A DNA stretch of 46,601 nt from contig JBNKHH010000029.1 in assembly GCA_050290245.1 (NCBI GenBank), forward strand, positions 1-46,601. The letters are read 5' to 3'. Numbering within the stretch: position 1 is the first letter of the stretch; every line of letters starts with the position of its first letter. The translations under genes and the position numbers were made by a program. Under the pieces are notes generated by a model. That model saw only the letters and a program-made list of their open reading frames with translations, did no database searches and had not been told where the DNA came from. Shown here in pieces: positions 27,276-37,522 of the stretch. This DNA comes from Silicimonas sp. Lineage in GTDB: Bacteria; Pseudomonadota; Alphaproteobacteria; Rhodobacterales; Rhodobacteraceae.

Positions 27276-28694
27276 TTAGCTGGCCAGAATGTTTTTGAAC
27301 TGCCAGGGGTCGCTTTCGTCGATGTCCTCGGCGAATTGAGTCCAGCGTTCCGTCAGCGGCGTCCAATCGGTGTAATGGGCCTCGACGGGTCCGAGATAGG
27401 GCTTTTGCACCTCAAGACAGCGGACGTGGTCCATCTCGTCGGTTTCGACGATGCCCGCGTTCGGATTCTCAAGCGCCCAGACCATGCCAGCCAGAACGGC
27501 GGACGAGACCTGGAGACCGGTGGCGTTCTGGAACGGCGCGAGATCGCGGGTTTCCTCGATTGACAGCCGCGAGCCGTACCAGAGCGCGTTCTTCTCATGC
27601 CCGAACAGCAGGACGCCCAACTCGTCGATGCCTTCGGTGATCTCGTTTTCATCCAGGATATGCTGCTTTTCCTGCAGTTTTCCTGACCCGAAGGTCTCGT
27701 GGAACGACAGCACGGCGTCGTCGCACGGGTGATAGGCATAGTGGCAAGTCGGGCGGTAGTCGGGCGCGGAGACGTCGCCGACCGTGTAGTAGTCCGAGAT
27801 CGAGATCGCTTCGTTGTGGGTGACGAGAAAGCCGTACTGAGGCCCCGGCGTAGGACACCACGTGTGGACGCGGGTGATGGCGCCGGGGCGCTCCATCCAG
27901 ATCGCGGCCTGGCAGCCGGTGTCATAGCTGTGGGCATCTTCAGGCATCCATTTCTCATGGGTGCCCCAGCCGAGTTCGGCGGGCTGGAAGCCTTCCGAGA
28001 TGAAGCCTTCGACCGACCAGGTGTTGACGAAGGTTCCGATCTGCTTGTGCCGAGCCGATTTCTGGGTGTCACGCTCGGCGATGTGGATGCCCTTGACGCC
28101 AAGGGACTGCATCAGCGCTGCCCAGCCTTCGCGGCTATTGGGCATCTCGATGTCGTGGCCGGTATCCTTGGCCAGGATCATCAGCGCGTCCTTGACGAAC
28201 CACGAGACCATGCCGGGGTTCGCGCCGCAGCAGGACACCGCCGTGGTGCCGCCGGGATTCGCTGCCTTTTCGTCGCGCATCTTCTGGCGCAGGGCATAGT
28301 TGGTGCGCTCGGCGTTCTCTGTGGTTTCGAAATAAAAACCCGCCCAGGGTTCGACCACCGTGTCGATATAGGGCACGTCGATTTCGCGGCAGAAACGGAT
28401 GATGTCCAGCGACGAGGTGTCGACGGACAGGTTCACGAGGAAGCCTTTGCCTGGCTCCAGGTATTTCCCGAGGATGTCGCGGTAGTTGTCGCGGGTGACC
28501 GACTCTTGCACATGGGTGACGCCACGCTGTGCGAGGAAGGTGTGATCGTCGTGTTTCGGCTCGATCACCACGACCTTTTTCGAGTCGTACTCGAAGTGGC
28601 GCTCAATCAGGGGCAGGGTTCCTCGTCCGATCGAGCCGAAGCCGATCATCACGATGGGGCCGTCAATCTTGGCGTAGCAGGGATAGTCGGTCAT
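27276..28694 (-). CDS. hss: Homospermidine synthase
   Basis: 472 aa. The N-terminus MTDYPCYAKIDGPIVMIGFGSIGRGTLPLIERHF is the hallmark NAD-binding start of bacterial Hss. RBS AAAGGA upstream. Confidence 0.9.
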   Translation of the reverse strand: MTDYPCYAKIDGPIVMIGFGSIGRGTLPLIERHFEYDSKKVVVIEPKHDDHTFLAQRGVTHVQESVTRDNYRDILGKYLEPGKGFLVNLSVDTSSLDIIRFCREIDVPYIDTVVEPWAGFYFETTENAERTNYALRQKMRDEKAANPGGTTAVSCCGANPGMVSWFVKDALMILAKDTGHDIEMPNSREGWAALMQSLGVKGIHIAERDTQKSARHKQIGTFVNTWSVEGFISEGFQPAELGWGTHEKWMPEDAHSYDTGCQAAIWMERPGAITRVHTWCPTPGPQYGFLVTHNEAISISDYYTVGDVSAPDYRPTCHYAYHPCDDAVLSFHETFGSGKLQEKQHILDENEITEGIDELGVLLFGHEKNALWYGSRLSIEETRDLAPFQNATGLQVSSAVLAGMVWALENPNAGIVETDEMDHVRCLEVQKPYLGPVEAHYTDWTPLTERWTQFAEDIDESDPWQFKNILAS

Positions 28695-28997
28695 TGGGCG
28701 AATCCTTTGCGGCGTCTGGCCGGGGGATTATCACCCTGCGGCTCAGGTTCAAGTTGCCGGACGGCTATTCGCTGCGTTTTGCAACGAAGGACTGGTGAGT
28801 CAGCCGTATTGGACGATGACGGATTCGAAGTCGTCCGCGTGGTTCACCTTGGTATGATGGCCTTTGCCGGGAGCACAATATGTCTGTGCCCGGAGTTCTG
28901 TCTCAACGTCCCGCCTGTGGCTTTTGCCCGCGTCGTCAACAAAGAGTCGGCGATACGTCATTCAAAGACCTCCGCCATCACTGTCACGGCCGAGGAC

Positions 28998-29915
28998 CTA
29001 AAGCCCTGTCGTCTCGTCGATGCCCATCATGATGTTCAGGTTCTGGACGGCGGCCCCCGACGCACCTTTGCCGAGGTTGTCGAGGCGCGCCATTAGCACC
29101 ATCGCACCCCGCGCGGCGTCGCCGAGGACGGCGATTTCCAGGTTGTTGGTATCGTTTAGGACCCGCGGGTCGATGCGCTTGCCCATGTGGTCGGCACCGA
29201 CAACCTTTACGAAATGCGCACCACCGTAATGCGCAACGAATGCCGGATGCAGAGCACGGGCCTGTTCGGGGTCGAGACCGTTCAGAGGAACCTGCACGAT
29301 CATACCCTGCGCATAGTTCCCGACCGACGGCACGAAAATCGGTCGCCTATCGAGATTCGAGTATTTCTGTATCTCGGGCAGGTGTTTGTGGGTCTGGTCG
29401 GTGCCATAAACAAAAAAGGGCGCCGCCTCGCCGGCTTCGAACTCGGCGATCATGGATTTGCCGCCGCCGGTATAGCCACTGACTGCGTTGATCGTGAGGG
29501 CCTGGTCAGATGCGATCAGACCTGCATCAACCAGAGGTCGGATCAGGGCAATGGCGCCGGTAGAATAGCAGCCGGGATTGGATACGCGTTTGGCCGCGGC
29601 GATCTGGTCGCGTGCGCCTGTACCCATCTCGGCAAAGCCATAGACCCATGCAGGGTCGACTCGGTGTGCCGTGCTGGCGTCAATCAAACGCGTGTCCATA
29701 TCCGCCACGAGCGGGACGATTTCCCTGACCGAGTCATCCGGCAGGCAGAGAATGGCGAAATCGGCGGCCTCAAAAGCGCCGAGGCGCGCGTCCAGGTTTT
29801 TGCGCACGGCTTCATCCAGCGAGACAAGCTCGATATCCTCGCGCCCGATCAGCCGGTCACGAATTTGAAGGCCGGTGGTCCCAACCTCGCCGTCGATAAA
29901 GACCTTGATGCTCAA
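28998..29915 (-). CDS. argC: N-acetyl-gamma-glutamyl-phosphate reductase (short, type 2 ArgC)
   Basis: About 305 aa from a TTG at 29915 ([22 protein letters not shown]…), which matches the N-terminus of short-form ArgC. The TTG overlaps the trpB TGA (TTGA). The track's ATG at 29984 would add a non-conserved 23-aa extension overlapping trpB. Confidence 0.85.
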   Translation of the reverse strand: MSIKVFIDGEVGTTGLQIRDRLIGREDIELVSLDEAVRKNLDARLGAFEAADFAILCLPDDSVREIVPLVADMDTRLIDASTAHRVDPAWVYGFAEMGTGARDQIAAAKRVSNPGCYSTGAIALIRPLVDAGLIASDQALTINAVSGYTGGGKSMIAEFEAGEAAPFFVYGTDQTHKHLPEIQKYSNLDRRPIFVPSVGNYAQGMIVQVPLNGLDPEQARALHPAFVAHYGGAHFVKVVGADHMGKRIDPRVLNDTNNLEIAVLGDAARGAMVLMARLDNLGKGASGAAVQNLNIMMGIDETTGL

Positions 29916-31144
29916 TCCGCTTCCGCCATGTCCCAGCCAAGCGCCTTGGCCACTGTGAAGATGTCCTTGTCGCCCCGTCCGCACATATTCATGCAGATGA
30001 TGTGGTCCTTGGGGAGATCAGGGGCGATCTTGGCGACATGGGCCAGGGCGTGCGACGGCTCGAGCGCCGGAATGATGCCCTCGGTTTCGCACGACAGCTG
30101 GAAGGCGGCGAGCGCCTCCTTGTCGGTGATGGCGACGTATTCGGCGCGCCCTACGTCATGCAGCCAGGAATGTTCGGGGCCAATGCCGGGATAGTCGAGA
30201 CCTGCCGAGATCGAGAAGCCTTCCAGGATCTGGCCGTCATCGTCCTGCAAAAGATAGGTCCGGTTCCCGTGCAACACCCCGGGGCGCCCTCCGGTCAGCG
30301 AGGCACAGTGCTCCATCTTTTCGTTCACGCCCTTGCCACCGGCTTCCACGCCGATGATGCGTACGTCTTTGTCGTCGAGGAAAGGGAAGAACAGGCCCAT
30401 GGCGTTTGATCCGCCACCGATCGCGGCGATGATCGTATCGGGCAGGCGGCCTTCGGCGGCCATCATCTGTTCTTTGGCTTCCTTGCCGATGATGGATTGG
30501 AAATCGCGGACCATGGCCGGGTAGGGGTGTGGTCCGGCAACGGTGCCGATGCAGTAGAAGGTGTCACGGACGTTGGTGACCCAGTCGCGCAGGGCGTCAT
30601 TCATCGCGTCCTTAAGTGTGCCACGGCCCGAAGTCACGGGGATGACCTCTGCGCCCAAGAGCTTCATGCGGAAGACGTTGGGTTTTTGACGTTCGACGTC
30701 GTGCGCACCCATGTAGACGATGCACTTCAGACCGAACTTTGCGCAGACGGTTGCGGTGGCGACGCCGTGCTGGCCCGCGCCGGTCTCGGCGATAATCCGG
30801 GTCTTTCCCATGCGGCGGGCCAGGATGATCTGGCCCAGTACGTTGTTAATCTTGTGCGCGCCGGTGTGGTTCAGCTCGTCCCGCTTGAGGTAGATCTTTG
30901 CACCGCCAAGGCGTTCGGTCAGCCGTTCGGCGAAATACAGAGGTGACGGGCGGCCGACGTAATGGGTCCAAAGATCGTTCATCTCGTCCCAGAAGGACTC
31001 GTCGGTTTTGGCTTTCTCATATTCGGCTTCGAGATCGAGAATGAGCGGCATCAGCGTTTCGCTGACAAACCGCCCGCCGAAATCACCGAAGCGGCCCTTT
31101 TCATCGGGACCGGTCATGAAGCTGTTGAAAAGATCGTTGGCCAT
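29912..31144 (-). CDS. trpB: Tryptophan synthase beta subunit
   Basis: About 410 aa from ATG at 31144 ([33 protein letters not shown]…). PLP-lysine region present. RBS GAGGTGA upstream. Confidence 0.9.
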   Translation of the reverse strand: MANDLFNSFMTGPDEKGRFGDFGGRFVSETLMPLILDLEAEYEKAKTDESFWDEMNDLWTHYVGRPSPLYFAERLTERLGGAKIYLKRDELNHTGAHKINNVLGQIILARRMGKTRIIAETGAGQHGVATATVCAKFGLKCIVYMGAHDVERQKPNVFRMKLLGAEVIPVTSGRGTLKDAMNDALRDWVTNVRDTFYCIGTVAGPHPYPAMVRDFQSIIGKEAKEQMMAAEGRLPDTIIAAIGGGSNAMGLFFPFLDDKDVRIIGVEAGGKGVNEKMEHCASLTGGRPGVLHGNRTYLLQDDDGQILEGFSISAGLDYPGIGPEHSWLHDVGRAEYVAITDKEALAAFQLSCETEGIIPALEPSHALAHVAKIAPDLPKDHIICMNMCGRGDKDIFTVAKALGWDMAEAD

Positions 31145-31271
31145 GGGTCTCACCTCGTCTGACCGCAACGGTCTAGCCGTCCATCATCGCAAGGTAAATC
31201 CCCGGGCCTTGTTCTGTTCGAAAATACTCCGCGGAGATCCGTAGGGGCAGAGCCCTTGCGATGTGTGTGGA

Positions 31272-32297
31272 TCAGCGCGAGGCAATCATTCCGACGATTT
31301 CATAAGTCCTGGCCAGGATCGGAGCAGCGATCTCTTCGGCGCGTGCAGCGCCATCGCCCAGAATGCGGTCGATCTCACCGGGATCGGCCATCAGCCGGTT
31401 CATCTCGGCACCAATCGGGCCCATGGTTTCGACGGCAACCTCGGCCAGGCGCGGCTTGAACTGACCCCAGCCCGTGCCGCCATGTTCAGCCATGACGTCG
31501 TCGGTCGAGATACCTGCCAGCGCCGCATAGATGTCGACCAGGTTGCGCGCCTCGGGGCGGTCTTTCAACTCGCCATAGGTTTCCGGCAAAGGCTCGGGGT
31601 CGGTTCGGGCCTTGCGGAATTTCTGCGCGATGGTGTTGGCGTCGTCTGTCAGGTTGATCCGGCTCTGGTCCGAGGGGTCGGACTTGGACATCTTCTTCGT
31701 ACCGTCACGCAGGGACATCACGCGCGTGGCGGGCCCGTCGATCACTGGCTCAGTGATTGGGAAAAAGTCGACGCCGTAGTCGTGGTTGAACTTGGCCGCG
31801 ATGTCGCGGGTCAGTTCAAGGTGCTGTTTCTGATCGTCGCCAACCGGAACGTGGGTCGCGTGATACAGCAGGATGTCCGCGGCCATCAGGGCGGGGTAGG
31901 CGAACAATCCCAGCGAGGCATTCTCGGAATTCTTGCCCGCCTTGTCCTTCCACTGGGTCATGCGGCCCATCCAGCCCATGCGGGCGACGCAGTTGAATAT
32001 CCAGGCAAGCTGTGCGTGCTGTGGTACCTGGGACTGGTTGAACAGGATCGAGCGCGTGGGATCGACACCGGCAGCCATAAACGCGGCCGCTGCCTCGCGG
32101 GTCTGGTTGCGCAGCGCCTCGGGGTCCTGCCAGACGGTGATCGCGTGCATGTCGACCATGCAATAGACACACTCATGTGTGCCTGCATCCTGCATCTCGA
32201 CGAAGCGCTTCAGTGCGCCGAGGTAGTTGCCGAGGGTCAATCCGCCCGACGGCTGGATGCCCGAAAATACGCGCGGGGTGAACTCCGGCTGGCTCAT
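31272..32297 (-). CDS. trpS: Tryptophan--tRNA ligase
   Basis: 341 aa class I aaRS with a HIGH-like region (…[15 protein letters not shown]…) and KMSKS motif (KMSKSDPS). Confidence 0.9.
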   Translation of the reverse strand: MSQPEFTPRVFSGIQPSGGLTLGNYLGALKRFVEMQDAGTHECVYCMVDMHAITVWQDPEALRNQTREAAAAFMAAGVDPTRSILFNQSQVPQHAQLAWIFNCVARMGWMGRMTQWKDKAGKNSENASLGLFAYPALMAADILLYHATHVPVGDDQKQHLELTRDIAAKFNHDYGVDFFPITEPVIDGPATRVMSLRDGTKKMSKSDPSDQSRINLTDDANTIAQKFRKARTDPEPLPETYGELKDRPEARNLVDIYAALAGISTDDVMAEHGGTGWGQFKPRLAEVAVETMGPIGAEMNRLMADPGEIDRILGDGAARAEEIAAPILARTYEIVGMIASR

Positions 32298-32383
32298 CTG
32301 TCTGGATCCTCTGGATTTCCACGTCTGGGCGGCTTACCCACAGGGGCGAGGCCCGTCAAGAAAGCCGGCCCAGAAAGGCAGCG

Positions 32384-33073
32384 ATGCAAGACGAAGACTA
32401 TTCCCAGCCGCTTATGAATGCCCTTCCGCCCGCCGTTGCGGCGCTGGCCTTGGCCATCTTTTCCGTCGAGATGGTGTTCATGCTCGGTGCCCGCGGCATC
32501 ATTGGCGGTCCCGAGGCCATCGGCTGGCGTGGCCAAGCGATCCAGGATTTCTCGTTCTTCCCGCCGCTGATCGGCTGGCTTTTCGAGACCGGGAATTGGG
32601 CCTCGCCCGAGATGCTGCGTTTCGTGACCTATCCCTTCGTGCATTTCAGTTTCACCCAGGCGATATTTGTAGTCGTTTTCCTTTTGGCCCTGGGCAAGCT
32701 GGTCGGTGAGGCCTTTGGCAACCTCGCGGTGCTGATCTTGTTCTTTGTCTGCGGTGCATTCGGCGCGCTGGTCTTTGCCGGGTTGGTGGGAAGCGACTAT
32801 CCTCTGGCCGGCGGCTTTCCATCGGTCTACGGGCTGATCGGAGCCTACACGTTCTTGCTGTGGGTCGGGCTTGGCGCGCAGGGGCAGAACCAGGCGGGGG
32901 CGTTTTCGCTGATTGCGATGCTGATGGCGATCCAACTGGTGTTCGGGCTGATCTTCGGCTCGAACCACGATTGGGTGGCCGAAGTTGCGGGTTTTGCCAT
33001 GGGCTTTGTCCTGACCCCTGCGCTGGCGCCCGGCGCTTTTCGAAGGTTCGTCAGCCGGGTTCGTCAGCGCTGA
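32384..33073 (+). CDS. Rhomboid family intramembrane protein (catalytic motifs divergent)
   Basis: 229 aa, about 6 TM helices. It has the rhomboid-like YPFVHFSFTQ and NHDWVAEVAGFAMG (His region). Where the GxSG serine motif is expected it reads GFPSVYG. The 3' end overlaps the murJ 3' end by 10 nt (convergent). Confidence 0.6.
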   Translation: MQDEDYSQPLMNALPPAVAALALAIFSVEMVFMLGARGIIGGPEAIGWRGQAIQDFSFFPPLIGWLFETGNWASPEMLRFVTYPFVHFSFTQAIFVVVFLLALGKLVGEAFGNLAVLILFFVCGAFGALVFAGLVGSDYPLAGGFPSVYGLIGAYTFLLWVGLGAQGQNQAGAFSLIAMLMAIQLVFGLIFGSNHDWVAEVAGFAMGFVLTPALAPGAFRRFVSRVRQR

Positions 33074-34641
33074 CGGCGGAAAGCTGATTTCACGTCCGCG
33101 ACCGTGAAGGCCCCGAGGGCGGTTCCGGCCGCTCCGTAGACGAACGCGCCAAAGACGCACAACAGGGCGAGGCCGACGACCCGGGTCAGGCCAGCTCCGC
33201 CAATCAGCCCGGCCAGCATCTGATCCGCGACCAGCAGGCCCGCCCCCATGATGGCCGCGGCGATCGCGATACGTCCGCAGCGTGTCTTGGAGCGATCGTC
33301 GAACCGGGCGGCCTGTCCCATGTCGCGGGCGCCACGCCACAAAAGCCATAGCATCGCCCAACCTGCCAACGTTGTGCCTATGGCAGCGGCGATGTATCCG
33401 ACCAACGGAGCCAAACCGATGGCAAGGCTTGCGTTTATTAGCATCGCAACAAGGGCGAACTTGAAGGGTCGCCTGGTGTCTTCGCGGGCGAAATAGAGCG
33501 GTTGCAACACCTTTTGCAGGACAAAAGCGGGCAGCCCCAGGCCGTAGATCGCGCAGGCGAGCGCGGTGGCTTGCGTGTCGTTTGCGTCGAACGCGCCGCG
33601 TTCGAACAACACACCGATCAATGACGTCGGGATGGCTAAAAGCGCGACCGCGGCGGGAACGGCAAGGGCGAGAGACATTTCGGCGGCGCGCGACAGAGCG
33701 TGCTGGCCGCCGTCCGTATCGTCGGCCTGGAGGCGGCGCGAGAGGTCGGGCAAAAGGACAATGCCGATAGCAATGCCCACGACCCCAAGCGGCAGTTGGT
33801 ACAGTCGGTCGGCATAAGACAGCCAGGCGATGGCACCGTCGAAAAAGCTGGCCACCTGGCGCCCGATCAGAAGGTTAACCTGCACCACGCCCCCGGCAAG
33901 CGCTGCGGGTCCGGCGATGATGGCGAGGCGTTTCAACTCGGGTGTCCAGCGTGGGCGGGTGGGGCGAAGTCCAAATCCCGCGCGGCGCGCTGCAGCCCAG
34001 ACCAGCGCCAGTTGCGCGATCCCGGCCAGGACTGTGCCAAAGGCCAGAAGCGTGCCGTGGCGGCCGCCCTCGACCGGGCCGATGATCGAGCCGCCGACAC
34101 CGGCCTCGGCCAGAAGAAGGAATGTAATCAGGATGATATTCAGCAGAACCGGCGCAGCGGCGGCAGCACGGAATCGACCGCTCGCGTTCAGGACGCCCGA
34201 CACGAGTGCTGCGAGCGAAATGAACAGGATGTAGACGAAGACGACCCTGCCAAGCGTGACGGTCATCTCAAAACGCGCATCACCTTGGAAACCGGAGGCC
34301 ATGGCCAGAACCAGCCAGGGCATGAAGACGGTGGCGATGGCGGTGAAGACGACAAGGACCACTGCCAGCATCGCGAGCGCATCACGGGCAAAGCTCTCCG
34401 CGCCGTCGCCGGCTTCCAGTTTCTTCGAGAACATCGGCACGAAGGCCATGTTGAATGCGCCCTCGGCAAAAAAGCGGCGGAACATGTTGGGTAGCGCGAA
34501 GGCGATCAGGAAGGCTTCGGCGACGGGACCAGTGCCGAGCCAGGCCGCAATCAGTATATCGCGGACAAAGCCCAGAATGCGTGACAGCAGCGTCCATGCA
34601 CCGACGGTTAGAACACCCGATGCCAGGCGGATCGCGCTCAT
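33064..34641 (-). CDS. murJ: Lipid II flippase MurJ (MviN)
   Basis: 525 aa polytopic protein. N-terminus …LLSRILGFVRDILIAAWLGTGPVAEAFLIAFALPNMFRRFFAEGAFNMAFVPMF is canonical MurJ. Confidence 0.88.
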   Translation of the reverse strand: MSAIRLASGVLTVGAWTLLSRILGFVRDILIAAWLGTGPVAEAFLIAFALPNMFRRFFAEGAFNMAFVPMFSKKLEAGDGAESFARDALAMLAVVLVVFTAIATVFMPWLVLAMASGFQGDARFEMTVTLGRVVFVYILFISLAALVSGVLNASGRFRAAAAAPVLLNIILITFLLLAEAGVGGSIIGPVEGGRHGTLLAFGTVLAGIAQLALVWAAARRAGFGLRPTRPRWTPELKRLAIIAGPAALAGGVVQVNLLIGRQVASFFDGAIAWLSYADRLYQLPLGVVGIAIGIVLLPDLSRRLQADDTDGGQHALSRAAEMSLALAVPAAVALLAIPTSLIGVLFERGAFDANDTQATALACAIYGLGLPAFVLQKVLQPLYFAREDTRRPFKFALVAMLINASLAIGLAPLVGYIAAAIGTTLAGWAMLWLLWRGARDMGQAARFDDRSKTRCGRIAIAAAIMGAGLLVADQMLAGLIGGAGLTRVVGLALLCVFGAFVYGAAGTALGAFTVADVKSAFRRQR

Positions 34642-34708
34642 ACTGCCACCGGGCGCGAATTTCCGAGGCCGAGATCATTAACATTTTCCCGTGAAAAATC
34701 GCTGCAAG

Positions 34709-37522
34709 TCATTCGGATTTCGCCCGTTCCGTCCCGGCAATGATCGCGGCACGCAGCCGGTTTTCCAAAAACTTTTGCTTGGATTGGGAATGGTATTTCA
34801 GCCCGAACATATCCTTGACGTAGAAGGTGTCGACGACCTGTTCGCCATAGGTCGCAATAACAGCGGAGGCGATATAGACGTTCGCCTCTGCCAGAGTGCG
34901 GGCAAGGTCGTACAAGAGCCCGGCGCGATCACGGGTGTCGACTTCGATGATGGTGTAGATTTCCGAACCTTCGTTGTCGAAGGAGATCGACGTCGGTACC
35001 TTGAACGCGCGTTCGCGCTTTTTCAGGCGGTCGCGGTCGACCAGGGATTTGCGCGGCAGGACTTCGCCCAGGAATGTGCGCTCGATCGTCTGTTGCAGCC
35101 GCGGCAGGCGACTGGCTTCATACGGGTGACCGTCTCTGTCCTGAACCCAGAAGACGGCCGTGGCATAGCCGTCCTTCGACGTGTAGGTCCGCGCGTCGAC
35201 GACGTTTGCACCGACGAGCGCCAAGGCACCGGCGAGGCGTGCGAAAATGCCGGGGTGGTCGGCAAGCGCAAAACAGATCCGTGTTGCATCGCGGTCAATG
35301 TCCGGCATCAGGTCGAGCCGGATTTCATCGTCCTTGATATCCCTAAGAAGATTGGCAAAGACCACCTGGGCTTCGATTGGCAGGCCTTGCCAATAGGGGT
35401 CATAGTGGCGAGACGTCTCATTTCGCAGAGCCTTGGTATCCCAATCCGAAAGGGCCTTTCGCAGTGCCTTTTTCGCCTCGGCCTGTGCGGCCTCGCGGTT
35501 CACGGCTTCCAGGCCGTGCTCCAGAGCCTGTTCCGTCATGCGGTAAAGGTCACGCAGCAGTTGGGCCTTCCAGTTGTTCCACACGCCCGGCCCAACACCT
35601 CGAATATCGCAGACTGTCAGCACGGTCAGCAGGTCCAGACGTTTTTTCGATTTCACCGCCTTCGCGAAATCGCGCACCGTCCGGGGTTCGGCCAGGTCTC
35701 GTTTTTGCGCCATGTCGGACATCAGCAGGTGATACCGGACCAGCCATTCGGCAGTTTCGGCCTCGGACTTGCTCAACCCTAGCCGGGGCGCAACCTTGCG
35801 CGCGATCTGGGCACCGAGGATGGCGTGGTCCTCGTCGCGGCCCTTGCCGATGTCGTGCAGGAACAGGGCGGCGTACAGCACCTTGCGATTCACGCCCTCC
35901 TTCAGGACGCGGCTGGCGACGGGAAGCTCCTCGACCAGTTCTCCGCGTTCGATCTGGGCGAGGGTAGAGATGCATTGGATCGTATGCTCGTCCACCGTGT
36001 AGTGGTGGTACATGTTGAACTGCATCATCGCCACGACCGGGGCAAATTCGGGGATGAAGGCGGCCAGGACGCCCAATTCGTTCATTCGCCGGAGGGCACG
36101 TTCAGGATTGCCGTGTTTCAGCAGCAGGTCCATGAAAATGCGGTTTGCCTCGGGCGAGTGGCGCATATCGTCGTCGACGATATCCAGATTTGCGCGCACC
36201 AGGCGCATCGCGTCAGGGTGGATCAGGTACCCGGTGCGCAAAGCCTCTTCGAAAATGCGCAAAAGATTCAGCTTGTCTTTCAGGAACTTCGACGGCGCGG
36301 TCACATCGAGGCGGTTCTGGCGAACGACATAGCCGTTTTTCACCTTTTTGCGGCGTCGGAAGAGTGTGGCCAGCGAAGGGGCGCTTTTGACGTGGGTCGC
36401 TTCCAGTGCCGTCAGGAAGATACGCGTCAAGTCGCCCACTTCGGTGGCATGACGGAAATAGTCCTGCATGAAATATTCGACCGCGCGGCGCCCCGCCTTG
36501 TCCTCGTAGCCCATGCGTTCTGCGATCTCGACCTGGAGGTCGAAAGTCAGTTGGTCGGTCGCGCGATTGGCCAAGAGGTGCAGGTGATTGCGCACTGCCA
36601 TGAGAAAGGTCTCGGCAGCGACGAAGCGTTCGTATTCATCTTGTGACAGGAGTTTGGGACGCACTAGTTCTGCCGCGTCATCCACGCCATGCAGGTACTT
36701 GCCGATCCAGAACAGGGTCTGCAGGTCGCGCAGGCCGCCTTTGCCTTCTTTGACGTTGGGCTCGACCATATAACGTTGGCCGCCCTGCTTGCGGTGGCGC
36801 GCGGCGCGCTCTTCCAGCTTCGCTTCGATGAACTCGGACGCCGTGTTGCGAAACAATTCCTGGCGCAGTTTCCGATCAAGCTCGTCCGACAAATCCCGGT
36901 CGCCCACCAGAAAGCGGTGCTCGAGAAGTGCGGTGCGGATGGTGTAATCTTCGCGCCCAAGCCGGACACAGTCCTTTGCCGAACGCGAGGCGTGCCCGAC
37001 CTTAAGATGCAGGTCCCAGAAGATGTAGAGCATGCTTTCGATCAGGCTTTCCGCCCAAGGCGTCACCTTCCAGGGCATCAGCATCAAAAGGTCGACGTCC
37101 GAAAACGGCGCCATCTCGCCACGGCCGTATCCGCCGACGGCCAGGATTGCCAGGCGCTCTCCTTCCGTGGGATTCGGATTTGGATGCAGCCAGGTCGTTG
37201 CGACGCGAAAGACGGTCTCAACCACGCCATCGGTCAGGGCGCAGTAAGCGCGCACCGCCGGACGGGATTCACGCGGGTGCTCTGTTATGGCCTGCGCAAT
37301 TCGGTCGCGCCCGTCTTTTATTGCAGTCTTCAGCACCTCGACCGCAGCCTGTCGGATGCCCCGTGCGTCCGCGTTCTCGGTTTTCGCCGCAATGGCGGCG
37401 AAAACGGTCCCGGCGTCAAAGATGTCGTCCGCGCTGAGACCGATGCGCACGAAAAGACTGTTCTGGAGGGCGTCCGACGGCCTAGAAGCCGGCGCCGCCA
37501 AAGCTTCTTGGGGCGGGGTCAA
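34709..37522 (-). CDS. glnD: Bifunctional [protein-PII] uridylyltransferase / uridylyl-removing enzyme GlnD
   Basis: 937 aa with a nucleotidyltransferase motif (AVGGYGRGEMAPFSDVDLLML), an HD domain (LFLHDIGKGR) and two C-terminal ACT domains. The murJ-glnD adjacency is typical of alphaproteobacteria. Confidence 0.9.
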   Translation of the reverse strand: MTPPQEALAAPASRPSDALQNSLFVRIGLSADDIFDAGTVFAAIAAKTENADARGIRQAAVEVLKTAIKDGRDRIAQAITEHPRESRPAVRAYCALTDGVVETVFRVATTWLHPNPNPTEGERLAILAVGGYGRGEMAPFSDVDLLMLMPWKVTPWAESLIESMLYIFWDLHLKVGHASRSAKDCVRLGREDYTIRTALLEHRFLVGDRDLSDELDRKLRQELFRNTASEFIEAKLEERAARHRKQGGQRYMVEPNVKEGKGGLRDLQTLFWIGKYLHGVDDAAELVRPKLLSQDEYERFVAAETFLMAVRNHLHLLANRATDQLTFDLQVEIAERMGYEDKAGRRAVEYFMQDYFRHATEVGDLTRIFLTALEATHVKSAPSLATLFRRRKKVKNGYVVRQNRLDVTAPSKFLKDKLNLLRIFEEALRTGYLIHPDAMRLVRANLDIVDDDMRHSPEANRIFMDLLLKHGNPERALRRMNELGVLAAFIPEFAPVVAMMQFNMYHHYTVDEHTIQCISTLAQIERGELVEELPVASRVLKEGVNRKVLYAALFLHDIGKGRDEDHAILGAQIARKVAPRLGLSKSEAETAEWLVRYHLLMSDMAQKRDLAEPRTVRDFAKAVKSKKRLDLLTVLTVCDIRGVGPGVWNNWKAQLLRDLYRMTEQALEHGLEAVNREAAQAEAKKALRKALSDWDTKALRNETSRHYDPYWQGLPIEAQVVFANLLRDIKDDEIRLDLMPDIDRDATRICFALADHPGIFARLAGALALVGANVVDARTYTSKDGYATAVFWVQDRDGHPYEASRLPRLQQTIERTFLGEVLPRKSLVDRDRLKKRERAFKVPTSISFDNEGSEIYTIIEVDTRDRAGLLYDLARTLAEANVYIASAVIATYGEQVVDTFYVKDMFGLKYHSQSKQKFLENRLRAAIIAGTERAKSE

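Noticed and set aside
37482-37522. 41-nt overlap between the LpoA-like gene and glnD suggesting a mis-annotation or frameshift
   Set aside because: Both proteins are full-length and well formed. The overlap is most simply explained by glnD using a downstream start, or by genuine overlap, and no frame disruption is visible.
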